A stretch of DNA of 64,000 nt from assembly GCA_038746695.1 (NCBI GenBank), contig JBCDKL010000001.1:28451-92450 (forward strand), read 5' to 3'. This document shows positions 18,844 through 28,827 of the stretch, one piece after another (position 1 is the first letter of the stretch; each line of letters starts with the position of its first letter). Source of the DNA: Pseudomonadota bacterium. GTDB taxonomy: Bacteria; Pseudomonadota; Alphaproteobacteria; Rhodobacterales; Rhodobacteraceae. The notes under the pieces are model-generated. The model worked only from the letters and a program-made list of their open reading frames with translations. It ran no database searches and had not been told where the DNA came from. The translations under genes were made by a program, and so were the position numbers.

Positions 18844-20637
18844 ATGACCATTCAAACACCTAACGGCTATACGCTGGACAACTCGGGCAAGCGGATCGTG
18901 GTCGATCCGGTCACCCGGATCGAAGGCCATATGCGCTGCGAAGTGAATGTGGATGACGAAGGGGTAATCCGCAACGCGGTCTCCACCGGGACCATGTGGC
19001 GGGGGCTCGAAGTGATCCTCAAGGGCCGCGATCCGCGGGACGCTTGGGCGTTCACCGAGCGGATCTGCGGGGTCTGCACCGGCACGCATGCGCTGACCTC
19101 CGTGCGCGCGGTGGAGGATGCGCTGGGGATCACGATCCCGGACAACGCGAACTCGATCCGCAACATCATGCAGCTTAACCTGCAGATCCATGACCACGTG
19201 GTTCATTTCTATCATCTGCACGCGCTGGACTGGGTAAACCCGGTGAATGCGCTGCGCGCGGATCCGAAAGCGACCTCGGAGCTGCAGCAGATGGTCTCGC
19301 CGAGCCATCCGCTCTCCTCCCCGGGCTATTTCCGCGATGTGCAGAACCGCCTGAAGAAGTTCGTGGAAAGTGGCCAGCTGGGCCTCTTCAAGAACGGCTA
19401 TTGGGACAACCCGGCCTATAAACTGCCGCCCGAGGCGGATCTGATGGCCACGACCCACTACCTCGAGGCGTTGGATCTCCAGAAGGAAATCGTGAAGGTT
19501 CACGCGATCTTTGGCGGCAAGAACCCCCATCCGAACTGGCTGGTGGGCGGGGTGCCGTGCCCGATCAATGTCCATGGGGATGGCGCGACCGGTGCGATCA
19601 ACATGGAGCGGCTGAACATGGTCAGCTCCATCATCGACAAGTGCGATGAGTTCAACAAGAACGTCTATATCCCGGATGTGATCGCCATTGGCGGGTTCTA
19701 CAAGTCCTGGCTCTATGGCGGCGGGTTGAGCTCGCAGGCGGTGCTGGCCTATGGGGATATCCCCGAGCATGCGAACAATTTCGACGCGGATCAGCTGCAC
19801 CTGCCGCGCGGGGCGATCATCAATGGCGATCTGAGCACGGTCCATGACGTGGATGTGCGCGATCCGGAGCAGGTTCAGGAATTCGTCGACCACTCCTGGT
19901 ACGATTATGGCGAGCCGGGCAAGGGTCTGCACCCCTGGGATGGGGTGACCGAGGCGAAGTTCGAGCTCGGGCCCAATCTCAAGGGCACCAAGACCAACAT
20001 TAAGGAGATCGACGAGGCTGCGAAATACTCGTGGATCAAGGCGCCGCGCTGGCGGGGGCACGCGATGGAGGTCGGGCCGCTCTCGCGCTACATCGTCGGC
20101 TACGCCAAGGGCCACGAGGACATCTCGGAGCAGGTCAATGGCCTGTTGCGGACCATGGACCTGCCGGTGGAGGCGCTCTTCTCGACCCTGGGCCGGACGG
20201 CGGCACGGGCGCTGGAATCCGAGTATTGCGGGCGCTTGCAGAAGTATTTCTTCGACAAGCTCGTCACCAACATCAAGAACGGCGACGAGAGCACCGCGAA
20301 CATCGAGAAATGGGACCCGTCGAGCTGGCCGAAAGAGGCCCAGGGCGTCGGCATGACCGAAGCGCCGCGCGGTGCGCTCGGCCATTGGGTGCAAGTCAAG
20401 GATGGCCGGATCGAGAATTACCAATGCGTGGTTCCGACCACCTGGAACGGCTCGCCCCGGGACAAGGAGGGCAATATCGGCGCCTTCGAAGCCAGCCTGA
20501 TGAACACGCCCATGGAGCGGCCCGAGGAACCGGTCGAGATCCTGCGCACCCTGCACAGCTTCGATCCGTGCCTTGCCTGTTCGACCCATGTGATGTCGCC
20601 TGATGGCGACGAGCTGACCACGGTCAAAGTGCGCTGA
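18844..20637 (+). CDS. hupL: Uptake [NiFe]-hydrogenase large subunit (group 1d type)
   Basis: [16 protein letters not shown] and [11 protein letters not shown], followed by a short cleavable tail. Confidence 0.97.
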   Translation: MTIQTPNGYTLDNSGKRIVVDPVTRIEGHMRCEVNVDDEGVIRNAVSTGTMWRGLEVILKGRDPRDAWAFTERICGVCTGTHALTSVRAVEDALGITIPDNANSIRNIMQLNLQIHDHVVHFYHLHALDWVNPVNALRADPKATSELQQMVSPSHPLSSPGYFRDVQNRLKKFVESGQLGLFKNGYWDNPAYKLPPEADLMATTHYLEALDLQKEIVKVHAIFGGKNPHPNWLVGGVPCPINVHGDGATGAINMERLNMVSSIIDKCDEFNKNVYIPDVIAIGGFYKSWLYGGGLSSQAVLAYGDIPEHANNFDADQLHLPRGAIINGDLSTVHDVDVRDPEQVQEFVDHSWYDYGEPGKGLHPWDGVTEAKFELGPNLKGTKTNIKEIDEAAKYSWIKAPRWRGHAMEVGPLSRYIVGYAKGHEDISEQVNGLLRTMDLPVEALFSTLGRTAARALESEYCGRLQKYFFDKLVTNIKNGDESTANIEKWDPSSWPKEAQGVGMTEAPRGALGHWVQVKDGRIENYQCVVPTTWNGSPRDKEGNIGAFEASLMNTPMERPEEPVEILRTLHSFDPCLACSTHVMSPDGDELTTVKVR

Positions 20638-20651
20638 GGGAGGGCGTGATC

Positions 20652-20843
20652 ATGAAAACCGCAGCGATTTACCTGCTGACGACCGGGGCGGCGCTCGCCC
20701 ATCCCGGCCATGCCGAGGCTGAAACCGGGCTCCTGCACTGGATCACGTCCGAAGACCACCTGCTGATCGTGGCGGCGCTTGGCTATGGGGTCGGGCTGGC
20801 CCTGCCCAGCTTGCGGGCGCGGCTTGGCCGCAAGTCGGAATGA
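20652..20843 (+). CDS. 63-aa HupE/UreJ-like mini-protein (signal-like segment, AHPGH, one TM helix)
   Basis: GGGAGGG RBS upstream; MKTAAIYLLTTGAALAHPGHAEAETGLLHWITSEDHLLIVAALG resembles the HupE/UreJ N-terminus; lies between hupL and hupC. Confidence 0.7.
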   Translation: MKTAAIYLLTTGAALAHPGHAEAETGLLHWITSEDHLLIVAALGYGVGLALPSLRARLGRKSE

Positions 20844-20856
20844 GGAGGGGGCTGCC

Positions 20857-21639
20857 ATGAACACCAGTACCCGCACCATCCACAAGCCCAATACAGAGGT
20901 CGAGCCGTTGCCGTCCTCGCGCCTAACGGGCGACGCTACGGCGGAGGATATCGACAGCATCCGCCGCCGCACCTCCGTCTATGTCTACCAGGTCCCTGTA
21001 CGGCTCTGGCACTGGATCAACGCGCTGGCCATCGTCGTGCTCTGCGTGACGGGCTATTTCATCGGCTCGCCACCTCCGACGATGATCATCGGCGAGGCGA
21101 CGGACCAGTTCGTCTTCGGCTATATCCGCTTTGCCCATTTCGCGGCGGCCATGATCATGACGATCGGCTTTTTCGGCCGGATCTACTGGGCGATGGTGGG
21201 CAATCACCATGCACGGCAGATGTTCTACCTGCCGATCTTCAACCGCCATTGGTGGGCCGAGATCCTGTTCGAGCTTCGCTGGTACATGTTCCTGGAAAAG
21301 GAGCCGAAGAAATATGTGGGCCACAACCCGCTGGCCCAGGTGGCGATGTTCTTCTTCATGACCTTAGGGCTGAGCTTCATGATCGTGACGGGCTTTGCGC
21401 TCTATGCCGAGGGCATCGGCGCTGGCTCGACACTGGAGACCATCTTTGGGCCGCTCCTCGTCTGGGTCGGCGGCAGCCAGATGATGCACACGCTGCACCA
21501 TCTGGGCATGTGGGCCATCGTGGTCTTCGCGATCATCCACATCTATGCGGCGATCCGCGAGGACATCATGTCCCGTCAATCCATGGTCTCGACCATGATT
21601 TCCGGGCACCGGACCTTCAAGGATGACCGCCCCGAATAA
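20857..21639 (+). CDS. hupC: Hydrogenase b-type cytochrome subunit
   Basis: VRLWHW, RFAHF, GHNPLAQ, HHLGMW and HIYAAIREDIMSR motifs. Confidence 0.95.
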   Translation: MNTSTRTIHKPNTEVEPLPSSRLTGDATAEDIDSIRRRTSVYVYQVPVRLWHWINALAIVVLCVTGYFIGSPPPTMIIGEATDQFVFGYIRFAHFAAAMIMTIGFFGRIYWAMVGNHHARQMFYLPIFNRHWWAEILFELRWYMFLEKEPKKYVGHNPLAQVAMFFFMTLGLSFMIVTGFALYAEGIGAGSTLETIFGPLLVWVGGSQMMHTLHHLGMWAIVVFAIIHIYAAIREDIMSRQSMVSTMISGHRTFKDDRPE

Positions 21640-21660
21640 GGTGGAATCATATCCCCCCAG

Positions 21661-21686
21661 AGGGCGTCCTTCGGGGCGCCCTTTTT
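21661..21686 (+). terminator. Rho-independent terminator after hupC
   Basis: agggcgtcc-ttcg-gggcgccct followed by a T-run. Confidence 0.8.
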
Positions 21687-21785
21687 CGTGCTGGGTGGAG
21701 CGTTTTCGGAAAATCCCGCAAGTGGAAACTAACTTTGCATCCGGATCTCGCGAAAACGCGCCGTTTGCATGCAATAGTATCCTGA

Positions 21786-21798
21786 AATCAACCACTTG
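21786..21798 (+). promoter_or_regulatory. IHF consensus site upstream of hupD
   Basis: AATCAACCACTTG matches WATCAANNNNTTR exactly. Confidence 0.55.
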
Positions 21799-21910
21799 GG
21801 ATGGTGCGGCAGAAAGTCCGCCTGACAACCTGCGCGCAAGTGACAACCCTTTGAGCATTCGGGGTAGAAATCGGAAACCAATAAGCCGATCTCCGGGAGG
21901 GACTGACAGA

Positions 21911-22519
21911 ATGACACAGCGAGTGCTGATCCTCGGGATCGGAAACGTGCTTTGGGCGGATGAAGGCTTTGGCGTGCGCGCCGTGGAGGAGTTGGCCCGC
22001 CGGTGGAAATTTCCTGACCATGTAAAACTGCTGGATGGGGGCACTCAGGGCCTCTATCTGCTGCCGTTTCTTGAAGAGGCGGATGTGCTTTTGGTCTTTG
22101 ACGCGGTGGATTACGGGCTGGAGCCCGGCACCATCAAGGTGGTCGAGGATGACGAGGTGCCCCGTTTCATGGGCGCCAAGAAGATGAGCCTGCACCAGAC
22201 CGGCTTTCAGGATGTGATCGCCACGGCGCAGCTGATGGATCAGTGCCCCGAGAAGCTCTGCCTCATCGGTGTGCAGCCCGTGGAGCTGGAGGATTATGGC
22301 GGGGGTCTGCGCCCGCTGGTGGCCGAGCGGGTCGCCCCGGCCATCGAGATCGCGCTCACCTATCTCGCGCGCCATGGTGTGCAGCCCGAGCCGGGCCAGA
22401 GCGCTGCGGACTTGCTGGCCGATCCGGCGATCCTGCGCGATGCCTATGAGGCCGGGCGTCCGTCCGAGGACGAGGCCTGCCGCACGGGCGATGCCCGCTT
22501 CTTCCCGGCCGGGGCCTGA
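21911..22519 (+). CDS. hupD: Hydrogenase maturation endopeptidase
   Basis: [24 protein letters not shown] and SLHQ motifs; GGGAGGG RBS. Confidence 0.93.
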   Translation: MTQRVLILGIGNVLWADEGFGVRAVEELARRWKFPDHVKLLDGGTQGLYLLPFLEEADVLLVFDAVDYGLEPGTIKVVEDDEVPRFMGAKKMSLHQTGFQDVIATAQLMDQCPEKLCLIGVQPVELEDYGGGLRPLVAERVAPAIEIALTYLARHGVQPEPGQSAADLLADPAILRDAYEAGRPSEDEACRTGDARFFPAGA

Positions 22520-22523
22520 TCCC

Positions 22524-22844
22524 ATGTGTCTCGGCGTTCCCATGCAGGTGATCTCGATCGACGGGATCGCCGCGCGTTGCTCCGACGGGCAGCGCGAGGA
22601 GCTGATTGATATTTCTCTCACCCCGGACGCGATCCCCGGCGTCTGGCTGCTGACCTTTCTCGGCGCCGCGCGTGAAGTGCTTGACGCAGATGAGGCGGCC
22701 AAGATCTCCGCGGCTCTGGGCGGTTTGAAGTCGCTCATGGCCGGAGACGGTTTGGGCGATGCCTTTGCCGATCTCGAGGCACGCGGTCCGCAACTTCCCC
22801 CCCATCTCGCTGCGGCGGCTGCCGCTGGCAAAACCACAGGATAA
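22524..22844 (+). CDS. hupF: HypC/HupF family chaperone
   Basis: MCLGVPMQV start; PQLPPHL near the C-terminus; position in the cluster. Confidence 0.88.
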   Translation: MCLGVPMQVISIDGIAARCSDGQREELIDISLTPDAIPGVWLLTFLGAAREVLDADEAAKISAALGGLKSLMAGDGLGDAFADLEARGPQLPPHLAAAAAAGKTTG

Positions 22845-22849
22845 TCCCC

Positions 22850-23224
22850 ATGGCCTATTTGATCACACGATTGACCGATGAGCTGGGCTGGGCCCGGCTG
22901 GAGGATCTGGCCGCTTTCGAGGCACTGCTGGCCGCGCCCGGCGCCCATTGTGTTTTTGTCCCCGGCGATCCGGTGCGCAATCTCGAGAGCACGGATGTGG
23001 CGGTGATCCTGCCCGAGATCCGGCAGGCGTTTCAGAACCGCTTTGACGTGGCCATCGCCACCCCGGCAATCGAGCAGAACATCCTCAAGGCCGCGGGCGT
23101 GTTCAAGACGCCGAGCCTGATCTTTTTCCGCGACGGCGCCATGATCGGCGCGATCCCCAAGGTGCGCGACTGGGACGATTACATGGCGCGCGTCACCCGC
23201 ATTCTGCAGCTTGAGACCGCCTGA
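22850..23224 (+). CDS. hupG: HupG/HyaE thioredoxin-like maturation protein
   Basis: ESTDVAVILPEI, PSLIFFRDG and VRDWDDY motifs. Confidence 0.88.
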   Translation: MAYLITRLTDELGWARLEDLAAFEALLAAPGAHCVFVPGDPVRNLESTDVAVILPEIRQAFQNRFDVAIATPAIEQNILKAAGVFKTPSLIFFRDGAMIGAIPKVRDWDDYMARVTRILQLETA

Positions 23225-23234
23225 GGAGGGCCCC

Positions 23235-24077
23235 ATGGTACAGAACTTTCACCTGCCGCCTTCCGGATTTGGCCCCGGCTCACAAGCGGACCCGTCCGAG
23301 GGGCCGGAGCTTGAATACATGCCGCTGCCTTCGGGGATGCGGACCTATTCCACCCATCTGCCCGAGATCGACGAGATCGAAGCGGATGTGAGCACGGCCC
23401 TGGGCCTGCTGGCCGCGATGGCGGATGCCGCCGACCGGGTTGGTCGGGGTGGTGCGCCGGAGCAATTCGACCTACGCCCGCTCGACACGGCGAACCGCGC
23501 CCTTCTGGCTGAGACCATGGGCGATGGAGAGGTGTCGATGAAGTTGCGCGGGGTGCCTGCGCTGGCCGTGCAAGAGAGCGTCTTTGCCGGGGTTTGGCAG
23601 GTTAAGGGGGCCGAGGTCGATGCGATCGAGATCGCGCCCGTGCCGCAAGCCGCCCGGGACCGCGCCTTTGATGCCGTCGCCCCGGCGCTTGGGAAAGACG
23701 CGCCGCTCAGCCCGCAGGTGGTCAATGCGCCCGCCTTGCTGGCGGAGCTGCGGGACAAGTCCGACGCCTATGGGCCCGGGGTTGAGGCCCATGTGGTCAA
23801 CCTGACCCTGCTGCCCCATACGGAGGCCGATCTCGACTGGCTCGCCGCCACCCTCGGGACCGGGTCGGTCGATGTGCTAAGCCGGGGCTATGGCAATTGC
23901 CGGGTGACAGCCACGGCCACGCCCCATGTCTGGCATGTGCAGTTCTTCAACTCCATGGATACGCGGATCCTCGACACCTACGAGGTGGGTCCCATGCCCG
24001 AGGTGGCCCTCGCCGCCCCCGAGGATCTGGTTGATAGCGGCGAGCGTCTGCGCGAAGTGCTGGAGGCGATCCGATGA
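23235..24077 (+). CDS. hupH: HupH/HyaF maturation protein
   Basis: GFGPGSQ, GEVS, QESVFAGVW, VNLTLLP and SRGYGNC motifs. Confidence 0.9.
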   Translation: MVQNFHLPPSGFGPGSQADPSEGPELEYMPLPSGMRTYSTHLPEIDEIEADVSTALGLLAAMADAADRVGRGGAPEQFDLRPLDTANRALLAETMGDGEVSMKLRGVPALAVQESVFAGVWQVKGAEVDAIEIAPVPQAARDRAFDAVAPALGKDAPLSPQVVNAPALLAELRDKSDAYGPGVEAHVVNLTLLPHTEADLDWLAATLGTGSVDVLSRGYGNCRVTATATPHVWHVQFFNSMDTRILDTYEVGPMPEVALAAPEDLVDSGERLREVLEAIR

Positions 24078-24949
24078 CCACTGCGCAAGGCATGAACCCC
24101 GGGTTTGAGGGCTCCTATATGGGGTCGGACGCTAAGATCAGCGCGCAGGCGGTGATGGAGTGCAAGATCTGCTGGACGCCCTATGACCCCGCCGAAGGGG
24201 ACGAGCATCGCCAGGTTCTGCCCGGCACGCCCTTCACCGCGCTGCCCGAGGACTGGTCCTGCCCCAATTGCGATGCGCCCAAGGAGCAGTTCCTGGTGCT
24301 CGACGATCCGGGCTCCGTCGAGGCAGAAACCTCCGCCCATATGGAAGAGGCCGTCCGCGCCCTCGTGGCCGATTTCACCGAGATCTATCACGCCAAGATG
24401 CGCGATGTGCCGATCATCAACAAAGCCCTCCATGTGGAGGCTGTGGGCTTTCGCCCTCATGGCACGGGCTATCTCGGGGTGCTGATGTCGCCCTGGTTCA
24501 TGAACCTCGTGCTTCTGCCGGGGCGGGACGAGGATTGGGCGGATCTGACCGCCGGGGCGAAGGAAAACCTCGACTTCCCCTCGGGCACCTATGAGTTCCT
24601 GCACAACACCCGCGAGACCGTAGGGGGCTACAAGGCCTGCTCGCTCTTCTCGCCGATGGAGGCATTCAACAGCCAAATGCAGGCGCTGGATACGGCGCGG
24701 GCGGTGATGGTGGCGCTCTTTGACGAGAACAACCGTGCCGAGACTGACCGGGCCGCCGAGATCCGCGCCACGCGGCAGGCCGAGCTTGATGCGGTGGCAG
24801 AGGCCGAAGCGGCCGCAAAAGCAGAGACCGAGGATGATGCCAAGGCTCGCGCCCGAGCCGAGACCGAGGCGGCCAAGGCCGCGATCCTGGCCGAAGCGCC
24901 GTCGCGGCGCGCGGTGATCTCGGGCGGTCTGGCCGGAGGCGAGAGCTGA
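24074..24949 (+). CDS. hupJ: Rubredoxin-domain HupJ/HybE-family hydrogenase assembly chaperone (HupI-HupJ-type fusion)
   Basis: ECKICW...WSCPNC rubredoxin domain followed by SPWFMNLV and CSLFSPM. Confidence 0.88.
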   Translation: MTTAQGMNPGFEGSYMGSDAKISAQAVMECKICWTPYDPAEGDEHRQVLPGTPFTALPEDWSCPNCDAPKEQFLVLDDPGSVEAETSAHMEEAVRALVADFTEIYHAKMRDVPIINKALHVEAVGFRPHGTGYLGVLMSPWFMNLVLLPGRDEDWADLTAGAKENLDFPSGTYEFLHNTRETVGGYKACSLFSPMEAFNSQMQALDTARAVMVALFDENNRAETDRAAEIRATRQAELDAVAEAEAAAKAETEDDAKARARAETEAAKAAILAEAPSRRAVISGGLAGGES

Positions 24950-24953
24950 GATC

Positions 24954-25871
24954 ATGACGGGCCCCGGGTTGCAGTTGCGATGGACCAAGGCAGGCGCGCC
25001 CCCGCGCCTGATCCCTGAGGCTGCGATGCCGATCGGGGCCTTTCTGGCCGGGCGGCCCGCCGAGGAGGCTGCCGAGCTCTTGCCGCGGATCTTCAATGTC
25101 TGCGCGGTGACCCAGCGGGTGGCGGCGCGGCTGGCGCTGGACCTGCCGCCCTTGCCCTGGGATGCCAAAGCTCTGCAAGCTGAGATCCTGCGCGAACATG
25201 TGCTGGTCTTTGCCCTGCGCTGGCCGGTGCATCTGGGACTGCCACAGCGCCCGGACCTGCTGCAACAGTCAGGTGAGACCTTGCGCCACGCGCTCTTCGG
25301 AGCCGCGCCCTTGCCCCAGAGCCTGACCGCCTGTCTAGAGCTTCTGCGCGGGGCCGAGGCCCCGGGCCTCGCGGTGCTGAACGGGATCGAACGGACCTTT
25401 GCCCCGGGGGAGGCGTCCTGCGATGCACTGCCTTTCGCGGGGGCAGGTGATCCGTTCAACGGGGCGCCGTCGGAAAACTCCGCCGCCGGGCGCCACGGTG
25501 CGCATCCGCTTCTGAGCGATATCGAAGCGATCTATGGGCGCGGCCCCTTCTGGCGGGCCATGGCCCGGGCGCTGGAGCTTGAGGCGCTGGCCCAGGGCTG
25601 GCAGCCCCGTGCGCGTCAGCGGGCCGATGGCACCGCCGAGGTCGCTGCAGCCCGGGGCACCTATTTCTGCCGGGCGACCTGCGATGATCAAGGCCGGGTC
25701 ACCGGGTTTGCCCGGGCCACCCCCACGGATCACGGCACGGCCCCGCGTGGCACCATGCACCAAGCGCTCGCCAGCCTGACCGATCCCAGCCGGGCGCGGG
25801 TCGACCTGCTCTTTGCGATCCTCGATCCTTGTGCCCCTGTGACCCATAACCCGGAGCCGGCCCATGCATGA
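24954..25871 (+). CDS. hupK: HupK/HoxV scaffold protein (degenerate large-subunit homolog)
   Basis: [15 protein letters not shown] and LDPC remnants of large-subunit motifs; position in the cluster. Confidence 0.85.
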   Translation: MTGPGLQLRWTKAGAPPRLIPEAAMPIGAFLAGRPAEEAAELLPRIFNVCAVTQRVAARLALDLPPLPWDAKALQAEILREHVLVFALRWPVHLGLPQRPDLLQQSGETLRHALFGAAPLPQSLTACLELLRGAEAPGLAVLNGIERTFAPGEASCDALPFAGAGDPFNGAPSENSAAGRHGAHPLLSDIEAIYGRGPFWRAMARALELEALAQGWQPRARQRADGTAEVAAARGTYFCRATCDDQGRVTGFARATPTDHGTAPRGTMHQALASLTDPSRARVDLLFAILDPCAPVTHNPEPAHA

Positions 25872-26205
25872 GATGTCCCTCTGCGAAGGGATCCGCGGCA
25901 TTGTCGAGGATCAGGCCCGCGACCACGGCTTTGACCGGGTCACGCGGCTCCGGCTGGAAATCGGGCGCTTTGCGGGCGTCGAAAAGGACGCCCTGCGCTT
26001 TGCCTTTGAGGTGGTCATGCGCGGCTCGCCTGCGGAAGATGCCGCGTTGGAGCTGATCGACCTGCCGGGGATAGCCCTTTGTTATGACTGTATGAGCGAA
26101 AAAGAGATCAACGACCGGCTCGACCCCTGCCCGGATTGCGGCAGCGGCAAGATGATGCCCCAGGGGGGGGACGAGATGCGGATCAAGGATATGGAGGTGG
26201 CTTGA
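25864..26205 (+). CDS. hypA: Nickel metallochaperone HypA
   Basis: MHEMSL start and two CxxC motifs. Confidence 0.96.
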   Translation: MHEMSLCEGIRGIVEDQARDHGFDRVTRLRLEIGRFAGVEKDALRFAFEVVMRGSPAEDAALELIDLPGIALCYDCMSEKEINDRLDPCPDCGSGKMMPQGGDEMRIKDMEVA

Positions 26206-26206
26206 G

Positions 26207-27037
26207 ATGTGCACGGTATGCGGATGCGACGGCGATGGGGTGAAGATCGAGGCGGGCGGGCATGAGCATGCCCATGGGCATCACCACCATCATCACCACC
26301 ACGGGCAGGACATTCATTTCGGCGAAGGCCTCGCCGGGGTCGAGGTGCCGGGCATGAGCCAGGAGCGGCTGATCGAGATCGAGACTAGCATCCTGTCCAA
26401 GAACGACGCCTATGCGGATGGCAACCGCGCGCGGCTCGCCGAGCTCAACGCGCTGGCGCTGAACCTTGTCTCCTCCCCGGGCTCGGGCAAGACGACGCTG
26501 CTCTGCAAGACGATTGAAGCGCTGGGCGATCAGCCCCTCGCGGTGATTGAAGGCGACCAGCAGACGAGCGCCGATGCGGACCGGATCCGCGAGACCGGCG
26601 CGCGCGCCGTGCAGGTCAATACCGGCAAGGGCTGTCATCTGGACGGGCATATGGTGGGCCATGCGCTCGACCATCTGTCGCTGGAGCGGGGGGCGATGCT
26701 GTTCATCGAAAATGTTGGCAATCTGGTCTGCCCGGCGGCGTTCGATCTGGGTGAGGATGCCAAGGTGTCGATCCTGTCGGTGACCGAGGGCGAGGACAAG
26801 CCCCTGAAATACCCGGATATGTTCACCGCCTCCAAGCTGGCGATCCTGAACAAGATCGACCTCGCGCCCTATTGCGATATCGATCTGGATCTTTTCGAGA
26901 CCCATCTGCGTCGCGTGAACCCTGAGATCGAGATCCTGCGGGTGTCCGCCCGCACGGGCGAGGGGATGGAGGCCTGGATTGCCTGGCTGCGGCAGGCGCT
27001 GGCGGCCAAGACCGCACAAGCGGCAGCGGCGGAATGA
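26207..27037 (+). CDS. hypB: Nickel-insertion GTPase HypB
   Basis: MCTVCGC, poly-His tract, [19 protein letters not shown] and NKID motifs. Confidence 0.96.
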   Translation: MCTVCGCDGDGVKIEAGGHEHAHGHHHHHHHHGQDIHFGEGLAGVEVPGMSQERLIEIETSILSKNDAYADGNRARLAELNALALNLVSSPGSGKTTLLCKTIEALGDQPLAVIEGDQQTSADADRIRETGARAVQVNTGKGCHLDGHMVGHALDHLSLERGAMLFIENVGNLVCPAAFDLGEDAKVSILSVTEGEDKPLKYPDMFTASKLAILNKIDLAPYCDIDLDLFETHLRRVNPEIEILRVSARTGEGMEAWIAWLRQALAAKTAQAAAAE

Positions 27038-28518
27038 GCAAGGCGCCGCCCCTCCCCGGAGTGCTCCTCGTCGATGATGAGGCGCATTCTCTAACCTCCA
27101 TGCGGATGGCGCTCGAAGACGATTTCGAGATCTTCACCGCCGCAGATGCGGAGGCGGCGTGGGACATCCTTGAGCGGGAATGGATTCAGGTGATCTTTTG
27201 CGATCAGCGGATGCCCGGGAAGACAGGGGTCGAGCTTCTGTCGGATGTGCGGGAGCGCTGGCCCGAGACCGTTCGGATCATCATCACCGGCTATACGGAT
27301 GGAGAATCCATGGTGGCGGCGATCAACGAGGCCGGGATCTATCAATTTGTGACCAAGCCCTGGCATCCGGACCAGCTCCTGATGGTGGCCAAGAATGCTG
27401 CCGACCTTTTTTCTCTGAGCCGTGACAATGAGCGGATGAGCCTTGAGATGCGCTATCTCGGGACCACGGCGCAGACGAAGCTGGACAAGCAGCGGGCCGC
27501 TCTGCGCGAGGGGATGGGGTTTGAGACCATCCTGCGCGCGACCAATTCGCCGACCAATGAAACCGTGGCGCAGGCAAGGCAATTCGCGAGCTTCGATGTG
27601 CCTGTCCTGCTCACGGGCGAGGTGGGCACGGGCAAGACCGATCTGGCGCGGGCGATGCACTATGCGTCGCTTCGGGCGGATCGGCCGTTTTATGCGTTCA
27701 ACTGCGCGGGCTTGCCGGATGCGTTTCTGGAAGCCGAGCTGTTCGGGGCGCGACGCGGCGCGCTGGAGCATTCCAATGCCAACAAAATCGGCCTCTTGCG
27801 CAAGGCGGATCAGGCGACGCTCTATCTCGGCGGCATTGATACGCTCAGCCCGGAGTTTCAGCTCAGGCTGACCCGCGTTCTGAGCGAGGGGGCGTTCCAG
27901 CCCGTGGGGGCCACGGAGGTGCAGACCACCAATGTGCGTCTGCTGGCAGGGACCCACAAGGATCTGCGCGCGATGATGGCCGAGGGCAGCTTTCGCAGCG
28001 ATCTCTTCTACCTGCTGGCTTCCACCGAGCTGACCATGCCGCCCCTGCGGGCGCGACCTGGGGATATCTCGATCCTTGCGACAAACATGCTTTTTGAGGC
28101 GGCCAGCCAGCACGGCAAGAAAGTGCGCGGCTTCACTGATGGGGCGCTGTCCTTTCTGGAGAATTACGACTGGCCCGGGAATCTGCGGGAGCTTGAGAAT
28201 GAGGTCACGCGGATGCTGATTTTTGCGCAGGAGGATGTGCTGGGCGCGGAGCTGATCTCGCGCCACATCCTGCAGACGGCGCCCGGTGAGGGGTCCGATG
28301 ACCGGATGGCGGATCCGGCGGCGATGACCGAGGGCTCGCTCAAGGACCGGGTCGAACTGATCGAGATGCGCATCCTGCGCGAGACGCTCACGCGGCTGAA
28401 ATGGAACAAGAGCCGGGCGGCGGCGGAACTGGGGCTGAGCCGGGTCGGCTTGCGCGCCAAGCTCGACCGCTATGGCATCACGCCCGCGCCGGAGACCACC
28501 GCGCGCGAGCTGGACTGA
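27034..28518 (+). CDS. hupR: NtrC-family response regulator HupR/HoxA
   Basis: Receiver domain (VDDE, CDQRMP), AAA+ domain ([15 protein letters not shown]) and Fis-type HTH ([13 protein letters not shown]). Confidence 0.92.
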   Translation: MSKAPPLPGVLLVDDEAHSLTSMRMALEDDFEIFTAADAEAAWDILEREWIQVIFCDQRMPGKTGVELLSDVRERWPETVRIIITGYTDGESMVAAINEAGIYQFVTKPWHPDQLLMVAKNAADLFSLSRDNERMSLEMRYLGTTAQTKLDKQRAALREGMGFETILRATNSPTNETVAQARQFASFDVPVLLTGEVGTGKTDLARAMHYASLRADRPFYAFNCAGLPDAFLEAELFGARRGALEHSNANKIGLLRKADQATLYLGGIDTLSPEFQLRLTRVLSEGAFQPVGATEVQTTNVRLLAGTHKDLRAMMAEGSFRSDLFYLLASTELTMPPLRARPGDISILATNMLFEAASQHGKKVRGFTDGALSFLENYDWPGNLRELENEVTRMLIFAQEDVLGAELISRHILQTAPGEGSDDRMADPAAMTEGSLKDRVELIEMRILRETLTRLKWNKSRAAAELGLSRVGLRAKLDRYGITPAPETTARELD

Positions 28519-28530
28519 GGAGGATACCCA

Positions 28531-28827
28531 ATGTGTTTAGGAATTCCGGGCCAGATTACGGCCATCACCGACCCTGAACGCCTGATGGCGCAAGTCGATG
28601 TCTCTGGCGTGAAGCGCGAGGTCAATGTGGCTTGCGTGGCGGGCAACCGACCGTTGGAGGAGCTGATCGGGACCTGGGCGCTGATCCATGTGGGCTTTGC
28701 CATGAGCGCGATTGATGCCGAGGAGGCCGCCAAGACCCTAGAGGCTTTGCGCGAGCTGGGCGAGGCCCAGGAAGAGATCGAGGCCATGCAGGCCTCCAAT
28801 GCCATGCTCGCGGGGGAGGGTGCGTGA
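28531..28827 (+). CDS. hypC: Hydrogenase chaperone HypC
   Basis: MCLGIPG start and HVGFA motif. Confidence 0.95.
   Translation: MCLGIPGQITAITDPERLMAQVDVSGVKREVNVACVAGNRPLEELIGTWALIHVGFAMSAIDAEEAAKTLEALRELGEAQEEIEAMQASNAMLAGEGA

Noticed and set aside
16762-20589. 1275-aa ORF on the minus strand
   Set aside because: Antisense shadow of hypF/hupS/hupL produced by high-GC codon bias; no recognisable motifs, and it fully overlaps well-supported genes
26262-26302. CAT/CAC trinucleotide-like repeat
   Set aside because: Encodes the normal His-rich tract of HypB; not a repeat array
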